From positions 19,962-83,961 of the forward strand of contig JACOZP010000006.1 of assembly GCA_016181265.1 (NCBI GenBank): a DNA stretch of 64,000 nt, given 5' to 3'. The stretch comes from Candidatus Woesearchaeota archaeon (GTDB taxonomy: Archaea > Nanobdellota > Nanobdellia > Woesearchaeales > GW2011-AR9). Position numbers and translations under genes: made by a program. The notes beneath the pieces are model-generated. The model had not been told where the DNA came from. It was given only the letters and a program-made list of their open reading frames with translations, and made no database searches. Below are positions 10,253 to 19,379 of the stretch, piece by piece; position 1 is the stretch's first letter, and every line of letters starts with the position of its first letter.

Positions 10253-10807
10253 ATGGCCTTCCAAAATTTAACTGAAATCAAAAGCTTACGAAAGAGATAT
10301 CACCTTAATCAAAAAGAGCTCGCTCAACGGGCAGGGGTCTCTCAGAGTCTTATCGCTAAAATTGAAGCTGGAACCGTTGAACCTTCGTTCAGTAAAGCCA
10401 AGATGATCTTTGAGACACTAGAGCAGTTACGAGAAACGCAAGAGATCAAAGCAAAAGATCTCATGAACAAGAAGATTAGTTTTGCAGAAATTGGGGAACC
10501 TCTAAAAGAGGTCATCAAAACGATGAAAAACAAAGGTATTTCTCAATTACCAGTTCTTTCCAAAGAGAAATTGTGCGGTATCATCACGGAAGGTTCGATC
10601 CTTCGGAAAATGCTTGAACATCCTGAGAACAGTAATCTCTTCAAAGCCGAAGACGTCATGGAAGAAGCCCCTCCAATCGTAACGTTAAACACGGGGTTCA
10701 ATACCCTCTCTGTCCTGCTGCGTGATCATCCCGTCGTTCTCGTCGCTGAAAGAGGAGACATTAAAGGAATCATCTCTAAGAGTGATTTGTTGGGAAAGAT
10801 AGAATGA
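10253..10807 (+). CDS. XRE-type HTH + CBS-pair transcriptional regulator
   Basis: LNQKELAQRAGVSQSLIAKIE (HTH_3), then two CBS-like repeats (GISQLPVL...GIITEGSIL; VVLVAERGDIKGIISKSDLL). Confidence 0.75.
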   Translation: MAFQNLTEIKSLRKRYHLNQKELAQRAGVSQSLIAKIEAGTVEPSFSKAKMIFETLEQLRETQEIKAKDLMNKKISFAEIGEPLKEVIKTMKNKGISQLPVLSKEKLCGIITEGSILRKMLEHPENSNLFKAEDVMEEAPPIVTLNTGFNTLSVLLRDHPVVLVAERGDIKGIISKSDLLGKIE

Positions 10808-10815
10808 TACAATGA

Positions 10816-11130
10816 TTATTCTAAAACAGAATTCGTCTCTTCCCTAACCCACCGTTCATATTCTTCATTTGCTTCAACATTCATCTTCAGAATACATGGA
10901 TTTTTATAGGGATGAATCTTTAGAATCTCTGCTTTAACCGCCCCCCAATTCTCTTCTTTCGTCTTCAATAAAGAAACTATTTCATCAGAATTCTCGAGTT
11001 TATTTTCCCACCAATATGAACTAGTGATAGGAAAATAGTTTGCACAGGCAATCAATCTCTTCTGGATAAGGTGATTAACAATCTTTTGTGCTTGGTCTAA
11101 ATTCTCGTGGGTTACATAGACTAAAATCAT
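10816..11130 (-). CDS. cutA: Divalent-cation tolerance protein CutA
   Basis: Start moved to the ATG at 11130; the track start is TTG. MILVYVTHENLDQAQKIVNHLIQKRLIACAN...WWENK...KTKEENW. Confidence 0.8.
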   Translation of the reverse strand: MILVYVTHENLDQAQKIVNHLIQKRLIACANYFPITSSYWWENKLENSDEIVSLLKTKEENWGAVKAEILKIHPYKNPCILKMNVEANEEYERWVREETNSVLE

Positions 11131-11147
11131 AGAATTTCCTTTCACGA

Positions 11148-12023
11148 TCAATCCATCGCTTGAAATGCTAAAATATCTTCCGTGCTCAACTTCTTTCCCT
11201 TCTTCATCTTCTCTTGAACTTCCGCTGTTCTCTCCCGTACTCGACTTTTGAAACTATTCTCATCATGTTCCTTCAACTGTGAAGAGAACGCGTCTAGCTG
11301 TTTGGACAATTCTTCTTGTTTTTGTTTCGTCTGGAAGAATTCTTCTTTTAATCTTAAATATTTCTCAGCCACTTCTCTCTCTTCTTCACGCCATTTCTTG
11401 ATCTCGTCATATAATGTATTGATCCCCACATGAACATCCTGTGACTGTTGGGCCAGATCCTGCACCTGTTGATGAACGTCCTGCGCTTTCCTCCGGCTCT
11501 CAGAAAATTCTACTCTTGTTGCATTTGCTTCTTTAGAAGCATCCGCGGCAACTGTAAATTTTTTATAGGTTGCTTTCAACTCTTTGATTTTCTTATTTAA
11601 TTCCTGTTCTTTAGTGAAGGGCATGACTTCCGTTTCTATTTTCCGCTCTAGGCGAGCAATCTCCATCTTTAACTTATGTGGGCTTTCACGAAAAGTTGAA
11701 CTATCACCCATATCTTTCTTCTTCTGATCAACAACATGATGAGCTTGTGCTTTCTCTTTAACAACTTGATTCAGCTGATCACGTTCTCCTTTCAGCTTCT
11801 TTACCTGACCGGTCATCGAATTCCGCTGCATCTTTAACTCTTGAATACGGGCAGTGTGTACAGAAATTTTATCACGAAGAATTTTCAATTCACGAAAAGC
11901 GGCTTCTTTCTCAGTATTCAAAGCATGTAAAGTACTCTTCAACGAAGAGACTTCCTGTTTTTTCGTCAGATACTCTTTACGTACCGTTTGAACATTGGCA
12001 GACATTTCTTCCATGAGCATCAC
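11148..12023 (-). CDS. Coiled-coil protein (archaeal COG1340-like, uncertain)
   Basis: 291 aa, heptad-rich K/E/Q composition throughout; sits directly downstream of the stalk operon. Confidence 0.5.
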   Translation of the reverse strand: MMLMEEMSANVQTVRKEYLTKKQEVSSLKSTLHALNTEKEAAFRELKILRDKISVHTARIQELKMQRNSMTGQVKKLKGERDQLNQVVKEKAQAHHVVDQKKKDMGDSSTFRESPHKLKMEIARLERKIETEVMPFTKEQELNKKIKELKATYKKFTVAADASKEANATRVEFSESRRKAQDVHQQVQDLAQQSQDVHVGINTLYDEIKKWREEEREVAEKYLRLKEEFFQTKQKQEELSKQLDAFSSQLKEHDENSFKSRVRERTAEVQEKMKKGKKLSTEDILAFQAMD

Positions 12024-12081
12024 TTAATTTTGATCTATAGATAAAATAAAATAAAAAGAGAGAAAAGAATTCTCTAGGATT

Positions 12082-12393
12082 CTATCCGAAGAGTGCGCCA
12101 AGTCCAGCTGCAGCTGCTTCATCAGCTTTCTTGGAATCTTCTTCTTTCTTCTTCTCTTCTTTCTTTTCACTGGCAGCAGGAGCTGCGCCAGCGGCAGGTG
12201 CAGCAACAGGTGCTGCCATCGCTGCTTTCTTGATTGCGTCTTCAATATTAACGCCTTCGAGAGCGGCAACTAATGCTTTGACTCGCGCATCATCAGCTTT
12301 AACGCCTGCGGCAGTCAGGACAGCTTTTACTGAAGCGTCCGTAATATCTTTTCCTGCTTTGTACAATAACATTGCAGCGTAAATGTATTCCAT
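12082..12393 (-). CDS. rpl12: 50S ribosomal stalk protein P1 (L12e)
   Basis: Start at the ATG at 12393, after GGAGGTattgaaa. [19 protein letters not shown]...Ala/Lys/Glu hinge...GLGALFG C-terminus. Confidence 0.95.
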   Translation of the reverse strand: MEYIYAAMLLYKAGKDITDASVKAVLTAAGVKADDARVKALVAALEGVNIEDAIKKAAMAAPVAAPAAGAAPAASEKKEEKKKEEDSKKADEAAAAGLGALFG

Positions 12394-12457
12394 TTTCAAT
12401 ACCTCCATCTAAGCTCATTTAATGATGAGTGTGCATGTTTTTTAATTTTTGTGATGA

Positions 12458-13297
12458 TTACAATCCCGCTTCTTTCTGTACGGAAGCTGCTTCTGCCTCC
12501 GATTTAGCAAGGATCGCATCTCTAGTCTCTTCCGTCATGAACGCTGACTCAACACCGACTGCCTTCGCGTCACGGAATGCTTTCTGAACCAGTAATTCAA
12601 CAACATCAGCAGCAGGATACGCTGCTTCGACAGCAAGATTGACTGCCCATCGTGCCGCATCCATAATCTGACGTGCAAATTCTGCTTCATCAATATGTAA
12701 TTGTTTCGCATTAAAAATAAGGCCATTTTCCCAAACTGCAACCAGATCAAGACCGATCTCCATCGGTTTGATATCAAGTCTCTTTAAGGTCTCTGCAAGT
12801 TTTGAGCTAATCGTCGCTCCTTCTTTAGCAACAGTAACATCAGCAAGGATCGCTAGTTTTCCTGCATCGACTTTCGTCTTGATTCCAACTGCCGCTAACT
12901 CTGAGATGATCGGACCAGGTGCAAAATTTGTAGATCCAGCCTTGACTATAATATCACGAGGTGCTGTCTGTCCCGCTTTCGCAGGCGCTTCAGACTTGTT
13001 CTTCTGTAACGTTGCATATAATGAAAAAGGATTATCTTTGGTAAGGATTAAAGCAGGCATGCCTTTGACAGTCTCTGCCAGTTTGGCGATATTCTCTTTA
13101 TGTGAATCCTGCAAGGCTTTGAGAATCAACCGCTTTCTCATCATGATAATCTCTACCCCTTTCTTGCGAAGAGTAGTACGCATGACCTGTAGCTGTTGTG
13201 CAGGAAGAGTCTGCATATTGACAACACCGACGATCGGATATTCTTTGACTTTCTTGGTAAGCATCAGTACTAATTGTTGTTTCTGTTCGCTGACCAT
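12458..13297 (-). CDS. rpl10: 50S ribosomal protein uL10 (P0)
   Basis: Position between L1 and P1, 279 aa, PIVGVVNMQTLPAQQLQVMR motif. Confidence 0.9.
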   Translation of the reverse strand: MVSEQKQQLVLMLTKKVKEYPIVGVVNMQTLPAQQLQVMRTTLRKKGVEIIMMRKRLILKALQDSHKENIAKLAETVKGMPALILTKDNPFSLYATLQKNKSEAPAKAGQTAPRDIIVKAGSTNFAPGPIISELAAVGIKTKVDAGKLAILADVTVAKEGATISSKLAETLKRLDIKPMEIGLDLVAVWENGLIFNAKQLHIDEAEFARQIMDAARWAVNLAVEAAYPAADVVELLVQKAFRDAKAVGVESAFMTEETRDAILAKSEAEAASVQKEAGL

Positions 13298-13298
13298 G

Positions 13299-13937
13299 TT
13301 AGAAGACCCTCACCGGTTTGCTCATGCTTAACTTCAGAGCGACATTCTTGATGTTCTGCGTTTCGTTTGGAACCGCTTTCAAGACGGCTTGATACACGGC
13401 TAAAACATTATCAACAATTTCCATTTCAGGTTGCGTTTCTTTTCCGATCATACATTGCAAGGCTAATCCTTTTCGGCTTTGCACTCTGACCGTGTGATTT
13501 AATCTCTTAATCAGTGGCTCAAGCATTGCTGTCGGAGGGACGACACAACCCAGCTTTGGATTTGGCATCTTTCCTTTGGTACCCAATACTTTCCCGAACG
13601 CCGCAGCGACTTTAGGCATTAATGTTGCTTGAGCAATAAAATAATCGTAATCTTGAGCTAAGACCTTCATCTTTTTGACATCGTACTTTGGAAAATCTGC
13701 CTCTCTGATAACTAGATCGCAGAATTGATCTGCTTGACCGGCTAACTGTTGATCAACAAAGGCAGCTACTTTAATCTTTTTTCCTTTAGAATGGGGAACA
13801 GTGACAAAGACATCGATCGGTTCTTGCTTAGTAACAAGGTTCTTAAGATTAATGACAAGATCATAAGATTGAGCGAACTTTCTCTTCGGAATCAACTTTA
13901 ATTCGTCCAACGCTTTCATAACGTGTTGCTTATCCAT
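13299..13937 (-). CDS. rpl1: 50S ribosomal protein uL1
   Basis: 212 aa, FAQSYDLVINLKN...GKKIKVAAF...LGTKGKMPNPK. TAGGAGGTCATA directly upstream of the ATG. Confidence 0.9.
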   Translation of the reverse strand: MDKQHVMKALDELKLIPKRKFAQSYDLVINLKNLVTKQEPIDVFVTVPHSKGKKIKVAAFVDQQLAGQADQFCDLVIREADFPKYDVKKMKVLAQDYDYFIAQATLMPKVAAAFGKVLGTKGKMPNPKLGCVVPPTAMLEPLIKRLNHTVRVQSRKGLALQCMIGKETQPEMEIVDNVLAVYQAVLKAVPNETQNIKNVALKLSMSKPVRVF

Positions 13938-14073
13938 GTATGACCTCCTACAAATCGCAGCACAAAAATGCTCTTTGCTGGTGTAGTGATGTGGTTTACA
14001 GCTTGGGAGAGCAGGTTATTTATAAAGATTTTGGTGAGGAAGAGCTCAAATGAATGATTCGTCCCATACCTCT

Positions 14074-14919
14074 TCACCAATACAAAGAAGGCAGGGGAGG
14101 TGTTCCCAAGAGTGTCGAATTCAGTGGAATCGAACCCAACAACACTTCTTTAGAGGAATGATAACAATGGAAACTGATTCGCCAAAAGAGCTCGACGGAA
14201 TCAAACGTATTGATTTTATCAGAGTCCCTTTGTCCAGAACCTAGTTTTCGTATATCTTGATGATTCAGCGCTACAAAGAGACGTGAGCCATATTCAAAAA
14301 TATCACGATGAGATAGTGCTCCCACAGAAAAAGGAAATTCATTTAACCGATGAGGTGACAACAGATCTCCAATCTCACGTTCAACAACAGAACGGTCCCG
14401 ACAACCGCGCGCTTCTGAAATAATAGTGTGAAAGAAATTTAACATCGCGGCTCTGCGAGAACCCCAGAGATAGCCTTTCGGATCATCATAGGCATTAGGA
14501 TTATAGTATCTCTCAGAATGCCAGAGAGAATAGTCTATGAAATATAAGGTAGCAAGTACCTCTTTATCAGAAGGTAATTGACTAAACGTAGTATGATCAT
14601 CAAAACGAATATAACGCGAAAGAGGAACAATTCGTGCTTGAGGCAAGCCAAAATGTGTAACGAATCCATTGAGTGGAGGATTGATTACTCCTCGTTCTCG
14701 TTCAGCAAGCCCTAATTGATGAACAATTCCATCGATGTGACCAGCAAAGTGCCCGCCCTCCCAGCCTCGCGCTAACAACTCGGGTTTACACTGCCGATCA
14801 GCTTCATCGGCAACAGCAATAAGATTTTGAAGAATCTCTTTTCCATCAGGTGCAGAAAATCGAGATGACTTCTTAAGAGAAGGAGAATGAGCTTTTACGA
14901 GAGAACGTTCCGGAGACAT
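14074..14919 (-). CDS. Hypothetical protein (orphan), last gene of a 3-gene operon
   Basis: 281-aa ORF starting 14 nt after the upstream stop; no motif recognised. Confidence 0.45.
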   Translation of the reverse strand: MSPERSLVKAHSPSLKKSSRFSAPDGKEILQNLIAVADEADRQCKPELLARGWEGGHFAGHIDGIVHQLGLAERERGVINPPLNGFVTHFGLPQARIVPLSRYIRFDDHTTFSQLPSDKEVLATLYFIDYSLWHSERYYNPNAYDDPKGYLWGSRRAAMLNFFHTIISEARGCRDRSVVEREIGDLLSPHRLNEFPFSVGALSHRDIFEYGSRLFVALNHQDIRKLGSGQRDSDKINTFDSVELFWRISFHCYHSSKEVLLGSIPLNSTLLGTPPLPSLYW

Positions 14920-14932
14920 CGTAAATTAAACT

Positions 14933-15295
14933 TTATTCTATTTCCTCTTCTTCTCCTTCTTTCTTCTTTTTCGGATGCTTCATATCTTCGACAGCTTTCT
15001 TGAACGCCGTCACTTGATTCTCTGTCAATGAACCAAAACGATGATACGCTTCTTTAATGTTCCGTAAGAACATCGAGTTCTCATAGAAATCACGAGGGAT
15101 GTCAAACAACTCTTTATAGGGTGATTCTGTTACGGGATCAGAAATCCGTTTCATATGACACTCTGCACAGATCGGAAATTGCCGTGAAGAATACATCACC
15201 ACCATATTCTTCTTACAGATAGCACAGCGTTGTTTGAAGCGTGGGCGAGGCATATATTGAAAAGAAGACTGTTCTTTATTAATGTTTGGCATCAT
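14933..15295 (-). CDS. Zinc-ribbon protein with acidic tail
   Basis: CAICKK...CAECH four-Cys motif. C-terminal KKKKEGEEEEIE. ATGA overlap with the upstream gene. Confidence 0.5.
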   Translation of the reverse strand: MMPNINKEQSSFQYMPRPRFKQRCAICKKNMVVMYSSRQFPICAECHMKRISDPVTESPYKELFDIPRDFYENSMFLRNIKEAYHRFGSLTENQVTAFKKAVEDMKHPKKKKEGEEEEIE

Positions 15296-16518
15296 TTCTG
15301 CGCAATATGCAAAGCATGGTACTCTCTGATCGCCCGACGCACTGCACCAATAAATTTAAAGTGAACATATTGCGGTTCCAGACCTTCAGTCCCATCACGA
15401 TATCGTCTAAGGTAGAAAAGGTTACGCATTTCAGCGCGGCTAATCTCAATTTGAACGCCTTTCAGGGGAGGAAAATTGGTGATGTTCTTTGGATGTCGAC
15501 CAGAAAATCGTTTTCCTTCTCCCATCTCTACGGGAAAATGCTCCCAATCTAAATATTGAATGATGAGATCACGCAACTGCTTATTTAGACCGCCGACAAT
15601 AATACGGTACTCTTCTTCGCCATGTTCTCCTTTTGCCAGCGAGCCAAATGTATGAATAGAAATGGCAACATTAACTTTATCCATCAACGCAAGAAGACGC
15701 GGCTCCCTAAATTTAGTGGAAGTAATGTGAAGACTCTTACATTTTCCATTCTTATCACAGACTTGAGTACGCGCAATGAAAGCGTAATAGATATATTGAG
15801 AAGCACCAAAACGAGGATTCCCCGCAAGATTACTAGCTAACAGTTCTGTTCCCGGTTCAATTAAACCACCGTGGGGAGCAAAGATCAAAAGAGGATATTC
15901 TCCTTCACGAATTCTAATTTCATAATCTTTGCCTTCCTCTAATGATTTTAAATCTTTAAATTTTATATCGCCCGTCTTAGGAAGTTGACGAAAGAACGAT
16001 TGGCCAAAGAGTGTTTCAGGTTCTTGAGTAGAAGATGGACGGAGAGATTTTAGAAGTTTGACTGCGCCAGCCCCGGCAGCCACACCAGCAGTTACTGCGG
16101 CTCCTTTCAAAAGACGGCGACGACTTCCGGGGGCATAAATTAATTTTTCACGAAGATCTTTTCCATCAACTTCAACTAAAATGCGAAAGTGGATGATCTT
16201 CTTCTCGATCTCATCTTTCTGAGAAATAAATGAGTCTGGATCTTTTTGATTAAATAATTTTTTAAGATTCGAAGAGATATCATCTAAAATAACAATTAAA
16301 CTCGTTAGTTGATGATCGATACGAATGCGTGAAAGATACTGCACTCTTTGAACAACATTGGCTTTTAAAAGATCAACCTCATGAAGAAGATCAAATTGCG
16401 GCATTTCTCCAAATCGCAAAGCGTTGAAATGTTTCTTGAGCCCGCGCCAGAGAGTGTAAAAATGCGGGCCACCCACTCCTTCAAAATATTCCTCTGAGCC
16501 ACTAAACCAAATGGTCAT
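15292..16518 (-). CDS. Poly-gamma-glutamate hydrolase-like (PghP/UPF0714-type) domain protein with N-terminal extension and internal twin-arginine/TM segment
   Basis: C-terminal half has FAPHGGLIEPGTELLA and VAISIHTF, recalled PghP-family motifs. GSRRRLLKGAAVTAGVAAGAGAV lies at about aa 131-153. Confidence 0.45.
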   Translation of the reverse strand: MTIWFSGSEEYFEGVGGPHFYTLWRGLKKHFNALRFGEMPQFDLLHEVDLLKANVVQRVQYLSRIRIDHQLTSLIVILDDISSNLKKLFNQKDPDSFISQKDEIEKKIIHFRILVEVDGKDLREKLIYAPGSRRRLLKGAAVTAGVAAGAGAVKLLKSLRPSSTQEPETLFGQSFFRQLPKTGDIKFKDLKSLEEGKDYEIRIREGEYPLLIFAPHGGLIEPGTELLASNLAGNPRFGASQYIYYAFIARTQVCDKNGKCKSLHITSTKFREPRLLALMDKVNVAISIHTFGSLAKGEHGEEEYRIIVGGLNKQLRDLIIQYLDWEHFPVEMGEGKRFSGRHPKNITNFPPLKGVQIEISRAEMRNLFYLRRYRDGTEGLEPQYVHFKFIGAVRRAIREYHALHIAQK

Positions 16519-16611
16519 ATGATTCTTAATGGTAATGAATATAAAAATGTTCCCTAGTCAAGAATCCCTGTAAAAACATTTTATCAATTCTGGAAGAAAG
16601 TTTTGAATACA

Positions 16612-17442
16612 ATGTCCATGAAGAAAAGAGGAAGGAGAATCATATCCCTCTGCAAAACACTGCTTTTGGCAACACCATTGTTCTTTACACCGCACAATCG
16701 TGAGGTTGTAGATCCAAAAGACGAATATGGTGAATACATTCTAACAACGGCCACCCAAAAATATGAGGACTTGGATGCAATCGATGCTGATTCAGCAATC
16801 GATAATTCACTTGAAGAGAAGTTAGGGATTAGAATTTTAGGCTACCCTACAAAAGAAGACATCGACGATCTCCAAAACTTCTACTCCGATCAAAAAAACC
16901 GCCGAAGACTATTTTTGAGAGAAGATATGGGATTAGAAAGAGTAGTTATCTTCCCGCCACAGATGAGAGCACATTCAGAATATCTCGGCAAAACAGTATT
17001 TGACAGAAATGAGATCCAATTCTTCTCAGGACAGGTCAACGAACACGGGGTTGCTCACCATGAATTTACCCACTTGGGAGTTCAGTATCTCGAAGAGAAC
17101 AATTCACCATTTCTAGAAGAATGGAAATCAATTGCAGGTAGTTATACTCACATTGAAGAGATGAGAACCGGAAAAGAAGTGAGATACGTTTACAGCAAAG
17201 CAAGAGAAAAGCAAGAACCCCTGTTCGGATACGTTACTCCTTACGGCGGAAAATCATTGCACGAAGATGTAGCCACATACGTAGAGTATATCGTTGCACA
17301 ACCCGAAGTATTTGGAAAAGCCACAGAAAGTTTTGATCTATATTCACGGAAGCTAGAGTTATTATTGTGCTATGAGTTTATCACCCCAGAAGAATTTAAA
17401 AAAGTGGATGAGTATCTGACTCAAGCAAGGCTAAAACCATAA
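16612..17442 (+). CDS. Putative secreted zinc metalloprotease (HExxH)
   Basis: I prefer the ATG at 16612 over the TTG at 16603. N-terminal KKRGRRIISLCKTLLLATPLFF. HHEFTHLG zincin motif. Confidence 0.5.
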   Translation: MSMKKRGRRIISLCKTLLLATPLFFTPHNREVVDPKDEYGEYILTTATQKYEDLDAIDADSAIDNSLEEKLGIRILGYPTKEDIDDLQNFYSDQKNRRRLFLREDMGLERVVIFPPQMRAHSEYLGKTVFDRNEIQFFSGQVNEHGVAHHEFTHLGVQYLEENNSPFLEEWKSIAGSYTHIEEMRTGKEVRYVYSKAREKQEPLFGYVTPYGGKSLHEDVATYVEYIVAQPEVFGKATESFDLYSRKLELLLCYEFITPEEFKKVDEYLTQARLKP

Positions 17443-17458
17443 TTAACGAGAGGAATGT

Positions 17459-18589
17459 TCATCCGAAGATCCGTTCTAAGAAACTTTTGCTCGCTTTCTC
17501 TTCTTTCAGCTGCACGATCAAATCTTTCTGCTTCTTCGACAATTTCGTAGGGATTTGAATATGTACTTTCACCAGCTGATCACCACGTCCAGAACCATGC
17601 AACGAGGGTAATCCCTTACTACTCATCTTAAATGTTGTTTCAGATTGCGTACCTGCAGGAATCTTTAGCATCGCCTTACCATCGATTGTCGGCACTTCGA
17701 TCTCATCACCCAATACCGCTTGCGTAAAAGAGAGTGGAACCGTCAAGAGTAGATCGTTCTCTCTACGGACGAAGATTTTATGGGGAAGGAGACGAATGCC
17801 AACATAAAGGTCGCCACTCGGACCATTATGACTACCGACACCACCTTCACCACGTACTCGTAGACGTGTTCCCTCTTCGACGCCCGCAGGAATCGTTACT
17901 TCAATCTCTTTTTTCCGCCGGATAACTCTTTCACCATGACAAACTTCACAGGAATCTGTCGCAACTTCGCCACGTCCCTGACATTCTGAACACGGCCCCG
18001 TTTGTTGAAAAAGTCCAAACGGTGTCCGTTGTGTTCGTTTCAAATAGCCCGAACCATGACAATGATGACATTGTTCAAAAGAATGCGCTCCTCTGCCACT
18101 ACAGGCATCACAGCGTTCTAATTTATTCAAGGGGATTGTCTTCTTCGTCCCAAAGGTTGCTTCCTCCAAAGAGATTTCCATCTCATAAAGAAGATCGTCG
18201 CCTCGTTGCCCACGAGCCCCTTTTCTATTCCCACCACCACCACTAAAGAGATGATCAAAGATGTCTTCAAAATCACCAAACATCCCCGACTTGAATTGTG
18301 ACATGACATCAGAATAATCAAAGCCACTATACCCAGGACCACCAGCACCCCCCCCACTACCAAGTGAGCCATGACCAAATTGATCATACTGCTGCCGCTT
18401 CTTATCATCAGCCAGTACAGAAGCCGCCTCGCTAATCTCTTTAAATTTCTCTTCGTACTCCTTTTTCTTCTCCTCAGGAGCGCGATCAGGATGAAACTGC
18501 AACGCTAATTTCTTATATGCTCTTTTAATCTCGTCCTTTGTCGCACCTTTAGAGATGCCTAGAAGTTCGTAGTAGTCTTTTTTACTCAT
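17459..18589 (-). CDS. dnaJ: Chaperone DnaJ
   Basis: J domain with HPDR, G/F region, four CxxCxGxG zinc repeats. Confidence 0.95.
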   Translation of the reverse strand: MSKKDYYELLGISKGATKDEIKRAYKKLALQFHPDRAPEEKKKEYEEKFKEISEAASVLADDKKRQQYDQFGHGSLGSGGGAGGPGYSGFDYSDVMSQFKSGMFGDFEDIFDHLFSGGGGNRKGARGQRGDDLLYEMEISLEEATFGTKKTIPLNKLERCDACSGRGAHSFEQCHHCHGSGYLKRTQRTPFGLFQQTGPCSECQGRGEVATDSCEVCHGERVIRRKKEIEVTIPAGVEEGTRLRVRGEGGVGSHNGPSGDLYVGIRLLPHKIFVRRENDLLLTVPLSFTQAVLGDEIEVPTIDGKAMLKIPAGTQSETTFKMSSKGLPSLHGSGRGDQLVKVHIQIPTKLSKKQKDLIVQLKEEKASKSFLERIFG

Positions 18590-19230
18590 CTGTTCCCCCC
18601 TTCTTTTTTCATCTGTTCTCCCAACTCTTCTGCAGGAAAAGACAACAGCGTAAACAATGAAGTTTCAATCGCGTTCATCTTCGCGAGAAATAAATCCCAA
18701 GCATCTTCACGTTCAGGATAGCGTTCACGGAGATAGGCAACTCTCTCTTTCATGGAAACAATCCTATCTTGAAAGACCCGCCAATCGGCATAATGCACGA
18801 TCTTCTCCTCCCAACTAAAATCCGTCTCGCGCGGATTACTGACTCTCTTCAGAGAAATCGCTAATTCTGGATAGATGTCACGAAAGACAAGGTAGGCTAT
18901 TTCTCCTTCATACATCTGAGGATATCTCTCTCGAAGTATCTCCCGCATTTTGATCTCGTCCTCAGAAAATTGATAGTTATGAAACTTATTTGGTTTTAAT
19001 TCCGCAAGAGCTGCTACTTTAAACAAGTCGTGGAATAAACCAAGACGATCTGCAAAGAGTACATTAACAGCAATCCCTTTTTTATACAACTCTTCTGCCA
19101 AAAAGCGGGAAACGTCACGGACCCGTTGGCAATGGGCTTTGATATTTCCTGGAACTTTATAGTCCTCAAAGTATTGTAAACTTTCCTCCTCCGCGGGAAG
19201 ATGTGCCACGATCATCATGTTTTCGCTCAT
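18586..19230 (-). CDS. HD-domain phosphohydrolase inserted between dnaK and dnaJ
   Basis: AHCQRV...LFHDLFK (H...HD), HYADWR. 4-nt overlap with the dnaJ start. Confidence 0.65.
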   Translation of the reverse strand: MSENMMIVAHLPAEEESLQYFEDYKVPGNIKAHCQRVRDVSRFLAEELYKKGIAVNVLFADRLGLFHDLFKVAALAELKPNKFHNYQFSEDEIKMREILRERYPQMYEGEIAYLVFRDIYPELAISLKRVSNPRETDFSWEEKIVHYADWRVFQDRIVSMKERVAYLRERYPEREDAWDLFLAKMNAIETSLFTLLSFPAEELGEQMKKEGGNR

Positions 19231-19277
19231 GGTCTCTAAATGAAATAAAGCGCTTCCTATTTATTTCTTTCCAGAAT

Positions 19278-19339
19278 TATAGTCATCCCCTCGGATGACT
19301 ATATGTCAACCAACAAGTCAGTATCTCTTGTTGGTTGAC
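19278..19339. repeat. Double-hairpin element, copy 1 (downstream of dnaK, upstream of HD gene)
   Basis: TATAGTCATCC-cctc-GGATGACTATA (19278-19303), then GTCAACCAACAAG-9 nt-CTTGTTGGTTGAC (19305-19339). Confidence 0.8.
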
Positions 19340-19379
19340 TTTAAATAAAAAAATAAAAAGAGGAAAGAGAAATGGGACT

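Noticed and set aside
12024-12408. Ala/Lys-rich ORFs (12131-12382 plus strand, 12024-12269 minus strand) and an apparent GCAGC/GAAGAA repeat.
   Set aside because: These are frame shadows of the P1 stalk-protein gene. The repetitiveness is the normal Ala-rich hinge and acidic tail of P1, not a repeat element.
12768-13331. 187-aa plus-strand ORF.
   Set aside because: It is antisense to the well-supported uL10/P0 gene.
13938-14028. The ~60-nt leader of the L1 operon as an L1 autoregulatory mRNA mimic of the 23S L1-binding site.
   Set aside because: It is plausible from established archaeal examples, but I could not identify the conserved binding motif by eye. It needs a covariance-model search.
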